Part shown: in pieces, positions 30,830-40,484 of the stretch
Numbering within the stretch: the first letter of the stretch is position 1
Layout: each line of letters opens with the position of its first letter
Source: a virus
Lineage: Duplodnaviria > Caudoviricetes
IMG/VR virus record: IMGVR_UViG_3300007516_000025
Coordinates: 1-52,619 of that record
Strand: one strand, 5' to 3'
Length of the DNA: 52,619 bases
Made by a program: the position numbers and the translations under genes
Notes under the pieces: generated by a model
What the model saw: the letters and a program-made list of their open reading frames with translations, nothing else
What the model was told of the DNA's origin: nothing
Database searches by the model: none

Positions 30830-33574
30830 ATGAAAAATGTAAAAAAGAACGTTTTTACAAATGGATTTTCAGAAAATTACGATTTTCTAATTAACATTTT
30901 TGACTTTAAATATTCTATCAAGGACAATAAGCTTCTTTTTGCGCAGGACGACGAAAAAAGACTAAAGCTTTTTTCAAATTTCTCTTTTACAGAACCTGTT
31001 TTGGTTGATGAAAAAAGCTCAAGATACAAACAACAAGTTACTATAAATTTTCTCAACAGTGAAGCTGCTCGGCAAATTCTTTATTCAAATTATGTTTATA
31101 ATTCAAATGATGTAGACTTTCACAAAAACATGACCCCTGAAACAATTTTATTTAAAATAATGAATTATGCTTCAAAGGGTTATAAATATGACAATTTTGA
31201 TTTTGAGTACAATTTTCTAATAGATGAAGATTCAACCAAATTCTTTACACTGGAGTCTTCCTACAACTATTATATAAGTAAATATGAGGACAGATTGGGC
31301 AGATTACCGGAAGAAATATTGCCTAATTTTTATGTTTTTTCGTTAAGTGCAAACCCATCAACTAATACTATTTCTGAATCAAATTATGACAACTCTAAGT
31401 TAGTTGGAGATGATAGTCCGTATCAAGGTTTTGATAAAAAATTTGATAATCTGATAACTTTGAACAATAATGCTTCTTTTGAATATGGGATTCCCCATGC
31501 AAGATTATTTATACAAAAATATGCAGAATCATATGATGAAGTAAATGTTGATTACATCAACACATATAGAGAAAGATTTTCAAATATTGTCAATGATATT
31601 GACGATATTAGTTTATTAAATTCTATTGAAAATTTTGTTTTTCAATATCCGATGTCTATAAACTTAACTTTTTCCACGAATAAAACAAATGAATTAAGTC
31701 AAATCATAAAAGAAAGCTCACTAAATTCGAAAATTATAAATGACATAAAATTTAGCGAAGGGTATTTACTCAATAAAGTACCCGTTACAGAAATTACAAC
31801 TACATCTGGTGATATTATGTCGTCGGTAGAGCTAAAAAAAGAGCTAAACTATTCTGATTTTCAAACTTGGCTTGACAAATTTATTGATGATAAATTTGAA
31901 AACATTCAAAATTTAAGTGATTTTAGATTCAACGATATAATCCCGGAAGTATATTCTCAACAATCAGTAAGAGAATTTGACTTAATCAACCTTCCCAGAA
32001 ATGATCAGACCATTATAGGTAATAATTCTTCTGATTTGAATATATACTCTCAATCTGATCTTTTAGGCGACAGTATTGTTAGACAACTTTTATCAATAAA
32101 GATAAAAGACCTTATAATCAAGAATACAAGAACTTACAAACAGATTCTGCATTCAGACTTAAGTGTTGTTGAAACTATTTTTTACAAAATAGAGAAAAGA
32201 GACATAAGAAATAAACTTATTCAAACTTTTTATTTGATCAATGTTCCTGGTTTGGATATATTAAAATATTTTGATACCCAAGTTAAACCCCACAAACAAT
32301 ATAAATATAAAATATTTTCTATCAATGTTGTATTTGGCACCAAATACCAGTACAAAACAAGTTTTTCATATTATAATGAAATACCAAGAAGTGTGAATGT
32401 TCTAGGGCAGGCAATTACTCCCCAAAGCGAACCAATTGTATTTGATCCTAGTTCCAATCCTGAATCCATAGAACAAAGCGAACCTGTAGTAATAGGTCTC
32501 TCTAGTGAATCAACGGGTGAAAAAGCTGCAACACCTATTTTGATTTTTAATACTCAGGTAATAATACCAAACCAAAATTCTAGTAGCTCAAATAAACCTC
32601 CCACTTTCAGTGTATCTGAAAAACCAGTTACGGATAGTACTAAAAAACCAACAGAAAATTCAGTTGTTATAGAATCCGGTAATATTGATCAAAATTTATT
32701 GAATTTAGCATCTCAGACACAACAAGATATAGTTGACGAAGCTGGTTTTAACGGAGTACTTGAAGAAAGTCTTGTACAAGACGAAAACAAGATAAGTTTT
32801 TATGTTGAATACGAACCATCAATTAAAATTCTAGAATTAGAATGCTCTGAGCAACTATCTGAAAGCGTTACTGATAAACCTCCATTATATCCTGAAGTAT
32901 TGTTCTTACCTCTTCTAAATGAATTGAATAAGTTTAATATTTGTTTTTTTGAAATATTTTCAGAAATAGAAGAGAAATTCATAAAAATATTAGAAAGTGA
33001 TATTGATTATAATAATTTTAATCGTATATCACCAATTAGAAATCATGTTGGCCTAACTAAATTGGAAAGGTTTATTCCTACTACCAAAATAAAGTTTAAC
33101 GGTGAAGGTGATACTAAATTCATTCAATTGTTTGTTTCAAGTGAGAAACCTTATTCATATCAAGATTTCTTATTATATAAAACAATTGATTTTAAAACAG
33201 AGAAGAATGTTCTAGAATCGATAACAATAAATAAAGAATATTTTTATTTCTTTCGAACCATTGATAATAAAAATAATATCTCAAACCCATCGCCTATTTA
33301 TAAAGTAATATTGTTTTCTAACAACCAAAGAAGCTTTTTGGATGTAAAAGAATTTGTGTTTGAAGTAATAGAACACACACAGAAAAAACTTCCAATGAAA
33401 AAATACTTGAAAATAGATCCGGCAGGATTTCAAAAGATTATTAATTATGAAACTCAAAAATTAGGATTGGCGAATAAAAAAACCTACAATAATGATTTTC
33501 TGATTAAATTAACCTCGAAACATACCGGTAAACAGATTAGGATAAAATTTAAGTTTAATATTAGTAACATCTAA
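30830..33574 (+). CDS. Hypothetical virion protein with Ig/FN3-like segments
   Basis: YFDTQVKPHKQYKYKI and EYFYFFRTID..NISNPS; C-terminal LTSKHTGKQI; Pro/Ser-rich insertion. Confidence 0.75.
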   Translation: MKNVKKNVFTNGFSENYDFLINIFDFKYSIKDNKLLFAQDDEKRLKLFSNFSFTEPVLVDEKSSRYKQQVTINFLNSEAARQILYSNYVYNSNDVDFHKNMTPETILFKIMNYASKGYKYDNFDFEYNFLIDEDSTKFFTLESSYNYYISKYEDRLGRLPEEILPNFYVFSLSANPSTNTISESNYDNSKLVGDDSPYQGFDKKFDNLITLNNNASFEYGIPHARLFIQKYAESYDEVNVDYINTYRERFSNIVNDIDDISLLNSIENFVFQYPMSINLTFSTNKTNELSQIIKESSLNSKIINDIKFSEGYLLNKVPVTEITTTSGDIMSSVELKKELNYSDFQTWLDKFIDDKFENIQNLSDFRFNDIIPEVYSQQSVREFDLINLPRNDQTIIGNNSSDLNIYSQSDLLGDSIVRQLLSIKIKDLIIKNTRTYKQILHSDLSVVETIFYKIEKRDIRNKLIQTFYLINVPGLDILKYFDTQVKPHKQYKYKIFSINVVFGTKYQYKTSFSYYNEIPRSVNVLGQAITPQSEPIVFDPSSNPESIEQSEPVVIGLSSESTGEKAATPILIFNTQVIIPNQNSSSSNKPPTFSVSEKPVTDSTKKPTENSVVIESGNIDQNLLNLASQTQQDIVDEAGFNGVLEESLVQDENKISFYVEYEPSIKILELECSEQLSESVTDKPPLYPEVLFLPLLNELNKFNICFFEIFSEIEEKFIKILESDIDYNNFNRISPIRNHVGLTKLERFIPTTKIKFNGEGDTKFIQLFVSSEKPYSYQDFLLYKTIDFKTEKNVLESITINKEYFYFFRTIDNKNNISNPSPIYKVILFSNNQRSFLDVKEFVFEVIEHTQKKLPMKKYLKIDPAGFQKIINYETQKLGLANKKTYNNDFLIKLTSKHTGKQIRIKFKFNISNI

Positions 33575-33580
33575 TATTGA

Positions 33581-33588
33581 CTAATTAA
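33581..33588 (+). promoter_or_regulatory. Candidate late promoter CTAATTAA
   Basis: Intergenic, followed by AAGGA SD and ATG 33612. Confidence 0.5.
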
Positions 33589-33611
33589 AAATAGCTTAAA
33601 GGAAATAAAAT

Positions 33612-34505
33612 ATGTCATATTTAGATAATAGCGGCGACATTCTGCTAGACATGGTACTAACGGATTCTGGTCGTTCTCGATTAGCAAGAGGGGATGGCTC
33701 ATTTAAGATCGCTAAATTTGCCCTTGGTGATGATGAGATTGATTATGGATTATATGATCCGAACCATCCTCTTGGTTCTTATTATGCAGATACTGAGATT
33801 ATGAACCTACCTATTTTCCAAGCCGTTACAAATGACACTACTGCTCAAAATAGTAAGCTAATCTCAATTGCTAGAAATGATTTATTATACCTCCCTATCA
33901 TTAAACTGTCCAGTACGCTTGGACCTGGCGGTGGCACATACGATGATGCTGGCGCTTATCTCATCTCCGTGAACCAAGATACTATCACTTCCTTGGGGGT
34001 TGTGGCGGGTGTTGTGGACGGTCAAACAGCTCAAACAGCTCAGCGTACTCCTTTGGTGTTTGAGCAAGGATTAGATACCACAGAGATATCTCCTAGCGCC
34101 GGCTTGGAAGATTATTTACGAGAGACACAATATCTGGTATCAATTGACACCAGATTTGGACATGTTGTTACACCTGTTGGAAAGCCCGCTGAGGCCGACA
34201 TTTCATATGTGAATAGTGATAAAATTGCTTTTTACTTTTTGTCATTGTCGTCTTCTGGTTTTGTAAACAACATTGAGAATACTACAGGATTTTCTGCTAT
34301 TAGAGGTCCGCGAGGCACGATGTTAAAATTTGGTATCAAGGCAAATATGAATTTATCTGTTTCATCATATTTATTTGATACCATAGGTAATACAATTACG
34401 ATTAATGCAGTGTCTTACAAATATTTAGATACGAATATTTATGTATCTGGGTTAAGCACAGGTTATCAAGAAACAATTAAACTTAGATTCATAAGAAAGG
34501 TATAA
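33612..34505 (+). CDS. Tail/baseplate structural protein (tail-collar DUF3751-like N-terminus)
   Basis: MSYLDNSGDILLDMVLTDSGRSRLARGDGSFKIAKFALGDDEIDY. Confidence 0.75.
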   Translation: MSYLDNSGDILLDMVLTDSGRSRLARGDGSFKIAKFALGDDEIDYGLYDPNHPLGSYYADTEIMNLPIFQAVTNDTTAQNSKLISIARNDLLYLPIIKLSSTLGPGGGTYDDAGAYLISVNQDTITSLGVVAGVVDGQTAQTAQRTPLVFEQGLDTTEISPSAGLEDYLRETQYLVSIDTRFGHVVTPVGKPAEADISYVNSDKIAFYFLSLSSSGFVNNIENTTGFSAIRGPRGTMLKFGIKANMNLSVSSYLFDTIGNTITINAVSYKYLDTNIYVSGLSTGYQETIKLRFIRKV

Positions 34506-34508
34506 AAA

Positions 34509-35516
34509 ATGGCTAATGTATTCAAACCCCTAACACCTGATAATATTTCAATAACTACAAATTATGTTAATGCTAATATTCCGATAACTGGAACTTTGGT
34601 TAGTTCAAGTTTAGATGCCAATATTAAAAATTATGCACACGATATGTTTCAATCTGTGTACGATTATGATTATACTTCACCATCTGCTAATAAATTGTTT
34701 GATATTACGTTTGGATTTTCCCAAGACTCAACATTAAATACAGGGCCTGTAGTTGATGCTGAGAAAAAAGTTGCAATTTATAATCAAATGTGTCAAGTCT
34801 TAAATGGTTACGATGAAAATGGTAATATTTTAAAATTTGATGAAGATGGAAACCATCTCAATGGTGGTACTAAGATGAAGGAATGTATTTTTATCAGTTT
34901 TTCCAGATTGTTAACCAAAGATAAAATTAAGCGTGGTAGTTTTAGTTTTAAATACTATGAAGATGATTCTTGGAACAGTCTTTCTGCTTTATCAAATTTG
35001 ACTGACAGCTTGGCCGTCTCTTCATATTTAGTAAACTCACCATCTGGTGAGTATTCTAGATTAAACTTAGATAGTGACACATACCACGGCGGATTATTAT
35101 TCTATGAAGCTGGCGTGTTGGTGTTGACAGGTTCAGTTATTCCTCCTGATGATTTACTTAATCCTGCTAGTTGGTTACGGACTCAACTATTCCAAGAGGG
35201 TACAATTCCTCAAATTGCTGATGTTTTAAGAAATCGTTACGAAAATTGCGTGTTTAATAATACAACAAAAATTAACTCGGTTACTTATTTTTTGAATGTC
35301 GGACATAAAGACTTTAATTATTCTTCTAATAAGACATTTTTAGAAGATTCAAAAATTGTTACCAAGAATAACCCCGAAGATCTACCTACATCATTCATTA
35401 CATCAATTGGATTATATAGTGCTGATAATGAATTACTTGCGGTTGGCAAGTTATCTGAACCAAAAAGAAAAACACCAAATGATTCTTTTGTATTAAAAGC
35501 GAGGCTAGACTATTAA
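34509..35516 (+). CDS. Tail/baseplate structural protein (DUF3751-like C-terminus)
   Basis: FNYSSN.TF...FITSIGLYSADNELLAVGKLSEP.RK...LKARLDY. Confidence 0.75.
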   Translation: MANVFKPLTPDNISITTNYVNANIPITGTLVSSSLDANIKNYAHDMFQSVYDYDYTSPSANKLFDITFGFSQDSTLNTGPVVDAEKKVAIYNQMCQVLNGYDENGNILKFDEDGNHLNGGTKMKECIFISFSRLLTKDKIKRGSFSFKYYEDDSWNSLSALSNLTDSLAVSSYLVNSPSGEYSRLNLDSDTYHGGLLFYEAGVLVLTGSVIPPDDLLNPASWLRTQLFQEGTIPQIADVLRNRYENCVFNNTTKINSVTYFLNVGHKDFNYSSNKTFLEDSKIVTKNNPEDLPTSFITSIGLYSADNELLAVGKLSEPKRKTPNDSFVLKARLDY

Positions 35517-36046
35517 TGAAAAAATTTGTATTCTTCATAATTTTGATGCTCATGTCAATACCAACAACAAGTTTTGCTCAAGAAAAAAAGAATCAATACC
35601 AAATGATAATGGGTATTGATTCTTTACTTAACCAAGTTTCTAATTCTTTAACTGTTTTAACAAGCGATTTAAAGGAAGTAAAAAGAGCGGTTGATATGTT
35701 AACTAATAAAGTTGGTATTATTGAAAATGATTATTCTACTTTCAAGACAAGAGATTGGCCTCAATCTCTCATTAAATTAAACTCGTTAGATACAATGTTC
35801 ACTGTACTTAATACAGATTTCTATAACTTAAAGACAATTTCTTTACCTAGTATTTCGAAAGAATTCGAAAAATATATTGTAAAATTTGAATATCTAGAAA
35901 AGAAAACGGCTATGTCAGATAAAGAAGCAGCCAAACAAGATGCTACTGTTAGTATCACTATTGCAATTGCCGGTGTTATACTCACAGCACTGTTGTCTCT
36001 TTTACTCAACAGAAAATTCAGTCAGAAAGAAAAAGAAAATGTTTAA
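35516..36046 (+). CDS. Membrane protein: signal peptide, coiled coil, C-terminal TM helix
   Basis: MKKFVFFIILMLMSIPTTSFA|QE signal peptide; heptad-rich body; ITIAIAGVILTALLSLLL. Confidence 0.75.
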   Translation: MKKFVFFIILMLMSIPTTSFAQEKKNQYQMIMGIDSLLNQVSNSLTVLTSDLKEVKRAVDMLTNKVGIIENDYSTFKTRDWPQSLIKLNSLDTMFTVLNTDFYNLKTISLPSISKEFEKYIVKFEYLEKKTAMSDKEAAKQDATVSITIAIAGVILTALLSLLLNRKFSQKEKENV

Positions 36047-37281
36047 TGTTTTACAAATTCAAACAACAAGATATACAGATAAATACCTTACAGATAACTC
36101 CGGAAATTATCTATGAATTTTCAGCACAGGTTTCTGGCGATGGTCCCTATTTAAATAAAAACTCATTTACTGCTGAAAATCTTATTAATTCTTCTGTTAA
36201 TATATTTGAATATAATGTTGATAGACAATCAAACCAGAAAATTTATCCATTTGTTAACAGAAATAATTATAATAATTTGTTGAATTTTTCCGATTCTGAA
36301 TACGAATTAGCTGCTGTTGGTGATATTATCACAGGTAGTTACGATGACGAAGTTGGCATAGAATATTTATATTTTACTTATAATGATAGATATAAATATT
36401 TATCATTAAGAAATAAATTAATAAGTTCTAATATTAGTTCTGAAATTATTGATTTCAAGAGTGGTATTTTAAGTTCTATTGAAAGTTCATATTTTCCTGC
36501 TTTATTTATAGATAGAAATATTTATGGTTCTAAAATTTTAGAAAAAAGCGTATCAATTAAAATTCAAATTGATTTTGTAGATACAAGTGGTGAAATTGAC
36601 TTGGCTTCTGGTTATTACTCGGTTGAAGCTTGTGACTATTTTGGTGATGGAAAACTATATACAAAAACAAGTGATATGTATTTTGGGTTTCCTTCAAATA
36701 AAGAATATGTACATGTTGGATATGTTTTTTACTCTTTAGGTATTATTGTTTTTCATAATAATACGTTAAAATTTGGTACAAACGGAACAATGAAAACAGA
36801 GAATGGCACACTTGATTATACTTGGAAAACTTTCGGTTTACAGTTATTCCAATTTGACGATGAAAAAAGATTAATAAAATTTACAATTAAATGCAAGGGA
36901 ATCAATAATATACCCAACATAAACATGTTTTGCAAGGTTGAAAGAAACCACTTAAATCATTCTAATAACTTAACAAGTATTAAACCCGGATCTGTTTTGG
37001 GTTTAAACTCTTTTAGTGCTTTTTCTTTTTTTGAAAATAATCTACTTGAAATTGAAAATATGGTAGATGACTCGTTAATTACAAGAACGCATTCTGTCTA
37101 TCTTGGTGATAGAGATGATTTAGATGATATTGTTTTAGAAAAATTTGAAAAGTCAACTTATATTAGCGAAATAGATATATATGATGCAGATTACAAAAGA
37201 ATTGCAATTGCAAAATTAGCTAATCCAATTAAAAAAAGAGAACAAGATGAATTTATTTTTAAATTAAAGGTTGATATATAA
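36046..37281 (+). CDS. Tail/baseplate structural protein, paralogue of 34509
   Basis: VGYVFYSLGIIV; LNHSNNLT; YISEIDIYDADYKRIAIAKLANPIKK..FIFKLKVDI. Confidence 0.75.
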   Translation: MFYKFKQQDIQINTLQITPEIIYEFSAQVSGDGPYLNKNSFTAENLINSSVNIFEYNVDRQSNQKIYPFVNRNNYNNLLNFSDSEYELAAVGDIITGSYDDEVGIEYLYFTYNDRYKYLSLRNKLISSNISSEIIDFKSGILSSIESSYFPALFIDRNIYGSKILEKSVSIKIQIDFVDTSGEIDLASGYYSVEACDYFGDGKLYTKTSDMYFGFPSNKEYVHVGYVFYSLGIIVFHNNTLKFGTNGTMKTENGTLDYTWKTFGLQLFQFDDEKRLIKFTIKCKGINNIPNINMFCKVERNHLNHSNNLTSIKPGSVLGLNSFSAFSFFENNLLEIENMVDDSLITRTHSVYLGDRDDLDDIVLEKFEKSTYISEIDIYDADYKRIAIAKLANPIKKREQDEFIFKLKVDI

Positions 37282-39008
37282 TGGATCCTAGAATAATCTT
37301 AGAAATGATAAAGAATAATAAATTTATTCTCTTAGAAGCTGTAGATCCTATAGATAGTGATTTTATAAAAATCATGTATCTTCTATATTTTGAATTTTCT
37401 TTAAAGTCACTTGACAGTATAGATTCTGCTTTGAGAAGTACTTACGCGAACGTTCCGTCGCACGATATAGTTAAAAACTTATTCAAAAAACTACTTTCAG
37501 AAAAAGAAAAGGTATTTAACGGTGTAAACAAAGATTTTGGCAGAATTAAGAGAAAAGTTGAAGATGATATGTCTGATATCATCTCAAGCATACAACCTAC
37601 TTTTTCAAATGAAATTGAAAAAATTAGTCCCAAAATAAAAGCAGATTTTGATAGTGTAGATAAATCATCTAATATTGTTGACAAAGACAATCCACTAGGA
37701 CCTCTCGAATTAGAAATAGACAAGAAAGTAGCAGAAGCTCTAGCTAAGGATACACCAGCACAAGAAGATCTCCATACTGTCTTTAATCAGTATATTATAA
37801 CGTTTCATAATTATGTAAAATCCGTGACTACACTCGTTAACGGATTGAATGACTTAGTTTTAACTCTTCTCCAAAACACAGATGGTTCCCCGGTTGTGGC
37901 TAATAATCCTGCGCATAAACCTTTCAACAAACTGGTAAAATCATCAAATAACATGAAGACAGTTAGAAACGGTTTCTATAGTTTTTATAACGATTATTTG
38001 CAGAATGGTTCTGCAAAAGTTCCATATGCTAGTCTTAGAAGATCTTATATTAATCATTTTCACTGGCTGATATCTCGTAAATGGGGTTCTTCTTACAGAT
38101 TTTTTCAATATCAAGAAGTTTTTGTCACCCAAACAAAAGAAATACATACGATGTTTCAGAAAGTAAAAAAAGGTAATCCATCTTCTATTATTTTATCTTT
38201 AGTAAATGATTTAGAGGTTAGATATTATGCATTAAAAAGAATATTAGATCCACTACAAACGGAATTTAATAAATTCTATTTTGATTTTCAGAAATATATT
38301 CACTACCCAATAATGAACAGGGAAGAAAAAGTTATTGACAAATTAATTGATTGGATGAACCCTGGTAAGAGTACTTTATACTCTTTTTATAAGCAGAGAT
38401 GTATCCCATTATTATCTTTTATAAAAAAATATTATGCAGTATTTGCAAGTTCTCATGAAGTGTTTGTTGGTGTGTTGAACAGAAAAGTGGATCATTTAAG
38501 AGACGGCGATCAAGATGAAGATTATATCTTAAAAGATGCAGACGAGGAATTAAGGTTAAAATATCACAAAATTGCTATAGAGACAACTATTTGGCTTAAT
38601 CAAATTAATAGAATTACTCAAACAGCCGCTGAATCCGACAAAAGAATGACGGCTCAAGATTCAGAAATTATTAAAAATCTTATGAAACAAATCTATGCTA
38701 AAGCTTCGGAAATTTTAGAAGATCCTAAAGAATTTGAAGAGTGGAAAAATTCTATTAATATTTCGCAACGAGCTAAAACAGACAAGCTCTCAGACTTTTT
38801 AGAAAAAGTTGTTACAGGTAGAACAAATACCACAAATGATGGATTTGTTAAAGCCCAAAGAAGAGTTATGGGAAGACCGGTGGTACCTACGAAAACCATC
38901 AAAAAATCAGAAAAAGCTATTGATCGCAACAATCCAGCTGGTCAAAATTCACAATTTGAAAGAAATAATTTTCCACCAAATCCAGATATAAGCGAGCCTA
39001 TTGTATAA
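37281..39008 (+). CDS. Hypothetical helical protein, possible internal/ejected virion protein
   Basis: 575 aa; N-terminal ILE and LLE motifs. Confidence 0.75.
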   Translation: MDPRIILEMIKNNKFILLEAVDPIDSDFIKIMYLLYFEFSLKSLDSIDSALRSTYANVPSHDIVKNLFKKLLSEKEKVFNGVNKDFGRIKRKVEDDMSDIISSIQPTFSNEIEKISPKIKADFDSVDKSSNIVDKDNPLGPLELEIDKKVAEALAKDTPAQEDLHTVFNQYIITFHNYVKSVTTLVNGLNDLVLTLLQNTDGSPVVANNPAHKPFNKLVKSSNNMKTVRNGFYSFYNDYLQNGSAKVPYASLRRSYINHFHWLISRKWGSSYRFFQYQEVFVTQTKEIHTMFQKVKKGNPSSIILSLVNDLEVRYYALKRILDPLQTEFNKFYFDFQKYIHYPIMNREEKVIDKLIDWMNPGKSTLYSFYKQRCIPLLSFIKKYYAVFASSHEVFVGVLNRKVDHLRDGDQDEDYILKDADEELRLKYHKIAIETTIWLNQINRITQTAAESDKRMTAQDSEIIKNLMKQIYAKASEILEDPKEFEEWKNSINISQRAKTDKLSDFLEKVVTGRTNTTNDGFVKAQRRVMGRPVVPTKTIKKSEKAIDRNNPAGQNSQFERNNFPPNPDISEPIV

Positions 39009-39550
39009 TGATTTTAGGTTTAGACATATCTTCATCTGTAATTGGTGTTGCAATTCTTAATGATACATTATTGGAATTTTATCAACACTTTGATGTAAAG
39101 AAATATAAAGTAAAATTTGATTATTTTGATATTCTTTCTAAAATAGAGGCATATTTTGAAGATATTAAATCTAAATATAATGTTACTTCAATTCACATTG
39201 AGGAACCATTAAAGAGAATTTCAAGTGGAACATCTTCAATTAATACAATTATTACTTTGTATTCATATAATTTTCCAATAACTTGGATGGTATATAAAAT
39301 ATTCGGAATTAAGCCAATATATATAAAAGCGTCTCAAGCTAGAAAGAACCTATGTATTAAGAAAAGCAATTTAATTAACAACAAGATTAAATACCATAAA
39401 AACACTAAAGAAATTAAGATAGCAGCCTTGGATGTAATATTAGAGCTTTATCCTGAGCTTATAAATAAGTTTACATTTACTAAAACGGGACTATTACAGC
39501 CATACTGGTTTGACATAGCTGATGCTATCGTCGTTGCCCTCATGGTGTGA
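39008..39550 (+). CDS. ruvC: RuvC-like Holliday junction resolvase
   Basis: MILGLDISSS..GVAI; IHIEE; DIADAIVVA acidic RNase H-fold residues. Confidence 0.85.
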   Translation: MILGLDISSSVIGVAILNDTLLEFYQHFDVKKYKVKFDYFDILSKIEAYFEDIKSKYNVTSIHIEEPLKRISSGTSSINTIITLYSYNFPITWMVYKIFGIKPIYIKASQARKNLCIKKSNLINNKIKYHKNTKEIKIAALDVILELYPELINKFTFTKTGLLQPYWFDIADAIVVALMV

Positions 39551-39551
39551 T

Positions 39552-40484
39552 ATGCACGAAAAAGAAGTTATTAGTAGATTACTTGGTCAACCAAAGGTGG
39601 AAGGGAGCGAAAGTCTTTTCTTCTGCCCTTATTGTTCCTATGGCAAGAAAAAGTTATCCATAAACTTCACCAAGATGAAGTTCAAATGCTGGAACTGTGG
39701 TAAAGGTGGTAACAATTTAATAAGAATTGTATTCGATTTTGGCTCAGAACAAGTAATTGAATATGCTAAGGCATATTTTTTTGTTGGCGGTGGTATAACT
39801 AAATACAATCTTTTATTAAAGGAAGAACCTAAACTATTAGAACCATTTAAAAATCTAACAGTTGAAAAACTATTAAGCAGTTGTTATGATGATGAAGATA
39901 AACATGTGTTGTATCTAAAATCAAGAGGTTTGACAGAAAGAGATTTCATTTTCTGGAAACCTTATACTGTTAAAGAAGATTATTATAAAGATTTTGTATT
40001 TTTCCCTTCATATAATACAATGTTTAATCAAGATTATTATATTGGTAGAGATATTACAGATCAAGGTAAATACAAATACAAAACACCAAACAAAATTTTA
40101 AAAGATAGTATCTTGTTCAATGAGTACAATATTGATTGGGATAAATCTATTAATTTAGTAGAAGGAATATTTGATGCTATTTCCTGTGGTATTAACAGCA
40201 TACCATTATTGGGTTCAGAGCTTGATACTGAAGGCAAATTATTCGAAAAATTATGCTTTTCTGAATCAGATATCTATTTGATTCTTGATGGCGATGCTAG
40301 GGAAAAAGCCTTTAGCATGATTGAAAAGTTTTTAAAACACGATGTTCGTGTTAAATACGTTCAAATTCCATATGATAAAGATCCCGGAAAATTAACCTCT
40401 TCCGAGATTAAAAAATATAAGAAAAATTATATCATTCATACATCTGTAAAAGATCTAAACTTAAAAGAAAAATATGACTATTAA
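39552..40484 (+). CDS. DNA primase (zinc finger + TOPRIM)
   Basis: CPYC...FKCWNCGKGG; YLKSRGL; LVEGIFDA; LDGDA; DPG. Confidence 0.88.
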   Translation: MHEKEVISRLLGQPKVEGSESLFFCPYCSYGKKKLSINFTKMKFKCWNCGKGGNNLIRIVFDFGSEQVIEYAKAYFFVGGGITKYNLLLKEEPKLLEPFKNLTVEKLLSSCYDDEDKHVLYLKSRGLTERDFIFWKPYTVKEDYYKDFVFFPSYNTMFNQDYYIGRDITDQGKYKYKTPNKILKDSILFNEYNIDWDKSINLVEGIFDAISCGINSIPLLGSELDTEGKLFEKLCFSESDIYLILDGDAREKAFSMIEKFLKHDVRVKYVQIPYDKDPGKLTSSEIKKYKKNYIIHTSVKDLNLKEKYDY

